A model generated the notes under the pieces. The model saw nothing but the letters and a program-made list of their open reading frames with translations, had not been told where the DNA came from and did no database searches. A stretch of DNA of 64,000 nucleotides. Origin: Spirochaetota bacterium. Lineage in GTDB: Bacteria > Spirochaetota > UBA4802 > UB4802. Made by a program: the position numbers and the translations under genes. This document shows positions 62,839-64,000 of the stretch, one piece after another; position 1 is the first letter of the stretch, and the number at the start of each line of letters is the position of its first letter. The DNA is taken from NCBI GenBank assembly GCA_035420565.1, contig DAOLVF010000002.1, positions 5,896 through 69,895 of the forward strand, given 5' to 3'.

Positions 62839-63456
62839 ATGAAAAAATTACAATTTATTAGCTTAATACTTTTAATTTCTTTATTTTCATGTACCAGCAT
62901 AGATGTAGCATATACCAACAAACAGATCATTCAAAAAAGAATGAAGCGTGTTGCAGTTTTACCCTTTGAGATAACCGGAGCTGATTGGGGCAATGAATTT
63001 GCCGATGCTATCTCCCATCAATTTTTTAAAAGTGGCAAGGTAGCAACAATTGAAAGAGAAGCAATTGAAAAAATATTGCAGGAGCAGCAATTGCAGGCTT
63101 CCGGATTAATTGACGAAAAACAGGCTATAAAATTAGGAAAATTATTTGGTGCTGATGTAATAATAATCGGTCGAGGTACAGCACTCCAGGCATATCGTAA
63201 AAATAAATATGAACCTAACTGTATTGATACATTTACTCTCAAAGCTATTAATACTGAAAATGGCGAGATTCTTCTTACAGTGCGTAAGGAACCAGGCATA
63301 GCATGGGATTGGCGCTATAGAGCACAATACTGTTGTGGACTTACATTAATCTGGGACACCAATGATATATTAGTTGAAAGTTCACAATATGATGATATAG
63401 CAAAGCAACTGGTTAAAAAAATACTACTCATTATGGAAAATGATAAAAATAAATGA
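62839..63456 (+). CDS. CsgG/LpoB-like periplasmic lipoprotein
   Basis: Lipobox LFSC, then KRVAVLPFE...VATIEREAIEKILQEQQLQASGLIDEKQAIKLGKLFGADVIIIG, the CsgG/LpoB-type fold signature. Confidence 0.6.
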   Translation: MKKLQFISLILLISLFSCTSIDVAYTNKQIIQKRMKRVAVLPFEITGADWGNEFADAISHQFFKSGKVATIEREAIEKILQEQQLQASGLIDEKQAIKLGKLFGADVIIIGRGTALQAYRKNKYEPNCIDTFTLKAINTENGEILLTVRKEPGIAWDWRYRAQYCCGLTLIWDTNDILVESSQYDDIAKQLVKKILLIMENDKNK

Positions 63457-64000
63457 AATATTTATTAATAACTTTTTTTTATTCATTGTTTTTTTTATTT
63501 ATAGCTGTACCATTTTCCAATTTATTTTCATCCGAATTTGATGAATTGGATAAACCCCCCGAAGGGATGCATAAGGATCAGCTTCTTATACTTGGTGCTG
63601 TTTCAATTGGCATGCCTTATGGCAATCTTATAACAGCAGAAGAAAAATTCACAAAAAAATCATCGTATCAACTTACACCCGAAACCTCAAAGCTTATCTA
63701 TCTTTCCCATCTGGCATTTGGAATAACAATTTCTGGTGAATATATGCCTGCAGATTATATAGGTATCCGTTCTAAATTAAGAAGGTCTATAATAATACAA
63801 AACACAAATTTTGGTTCTGACTATAAATCATGGAAAAAAACATTATATAGTGATTACTCTATCTATTTAGGTCCCTCTTTTCATATGACATCTCGGAAAC
63901 CATGGGATATAGCTCTGTCTCCTTTAATTGGTATAGCATTTTCGCAATATAATCCCACTCCTATAGCAAAAGAACTACTGGATGGTTATGACGGCCCACC
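63453..64000 (+). CDS. hypothetical exported protein, N-terminal part; runs off the window end
   Basis: The ATG overlaps the preceding stop (ATGA). Signal peptide MKYLLITFFYSLFFLFIAVPFS. The frame is open to nt 64000 and absent from the ORF track because no stop falls inside the window. Confidence 0.4.
   Translation, partial: MKYLLITFFYSLFFLFIAVPFSNLFSSEFDELDKPPEGMHKDQLLILGAVSIGMPYGNLITAEEKFTKKSSYQLTPETSKLIYLSHLAFGITISGEYMPADYIGIRSKLRRSIIIQNTNFGSDYKSWKKTLYSDYSIYLGPSFHMTSRKPWDIALSPLIGIAFSQYNPTPIAKELLDGYDGP

Noticed and set aside
1-64000. CRISPR arrays, restriction-modification and other canonical defence genes
   Set aside because: None observed. The only repeats are the MITE-like family and the 12-mer. 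No cas, methyltransferase-endonuclease pairs, or abortive-infection-like domains were recognised.

Overview
The window is chromosomal DNA from a low-GC bacterium (roughly 36-40% GC) whose genes carry strong Shine-Dalgarno ribosome-binding sites. That argues against Bacteroidetes. The content suggests an anaerobic, probably diderm organism: class III ribonucleotide reductase (NrdDG), PPi-dependent phosphofructokinase (PFK), 3-hydroxybutyryl-CoA dehydrogenase, a B12 radical-SAM (rSAM) enzyme, a TolC/RND efflux set, penicillin-binding protein 1A (PBP1A) and a CsgG/LpoB-like lipoprotein.

Most genes are ordinary housekeeping or metabolic genes:
- DNA repair, cofactor and metabolic genes: uvrB, nadC, hbd, a 2-hydroxyacid dehydrogenase, a GntR-regulated FAD glycerol-3-phosphate (G3P) dehydrogenase, galK, a GH1 beta-glucosidase and PPi-PFK.
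- A TetR-TolC-adaptor-RND efflux operon.
- metX-metW behind a SAM-I riboswitch.
- The rpmH-rnpA-yidD-yidC-jag-mnmE cluster, with no dnaA and no clustered DnaA boxes nearby.
- Envelope and regulatory genes: nrdDG, htrA, PBP1A, carD, and a PIN/TRAM YacL-like protein.

The non-routine content is as follows:
1. A family of MITE-like inverted-repeat elements (full-length 229 bp, with shorter derivatives). It has six copies in 64 kb, at about 11.3, 13.7, 19.5, 22.9, 36.3 and 49.0 kb.
2. One of those copies sits inside a split nrdD. The gene is divided into a 695-aa body that lacks the glycyl-radical motif and a 63-aa fragment that carries it and has its own RBS.
3. An unrelated 12-mer, GGCGATAGTTAC, occurs six times exactly.
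4. Several blocks of uncharacterised genes: 51.6-54.2 kb (YbjN-like protein, lipoprotein and Cys/His-rich J-domain protein), 60.6-64.0 kb, and a lone B12-rSAM enzyme next to a PII-like DUF3240 protein.

No CRISPR arrays, tRNA genes, rRNA genes or recognisable defence-system genes were found.
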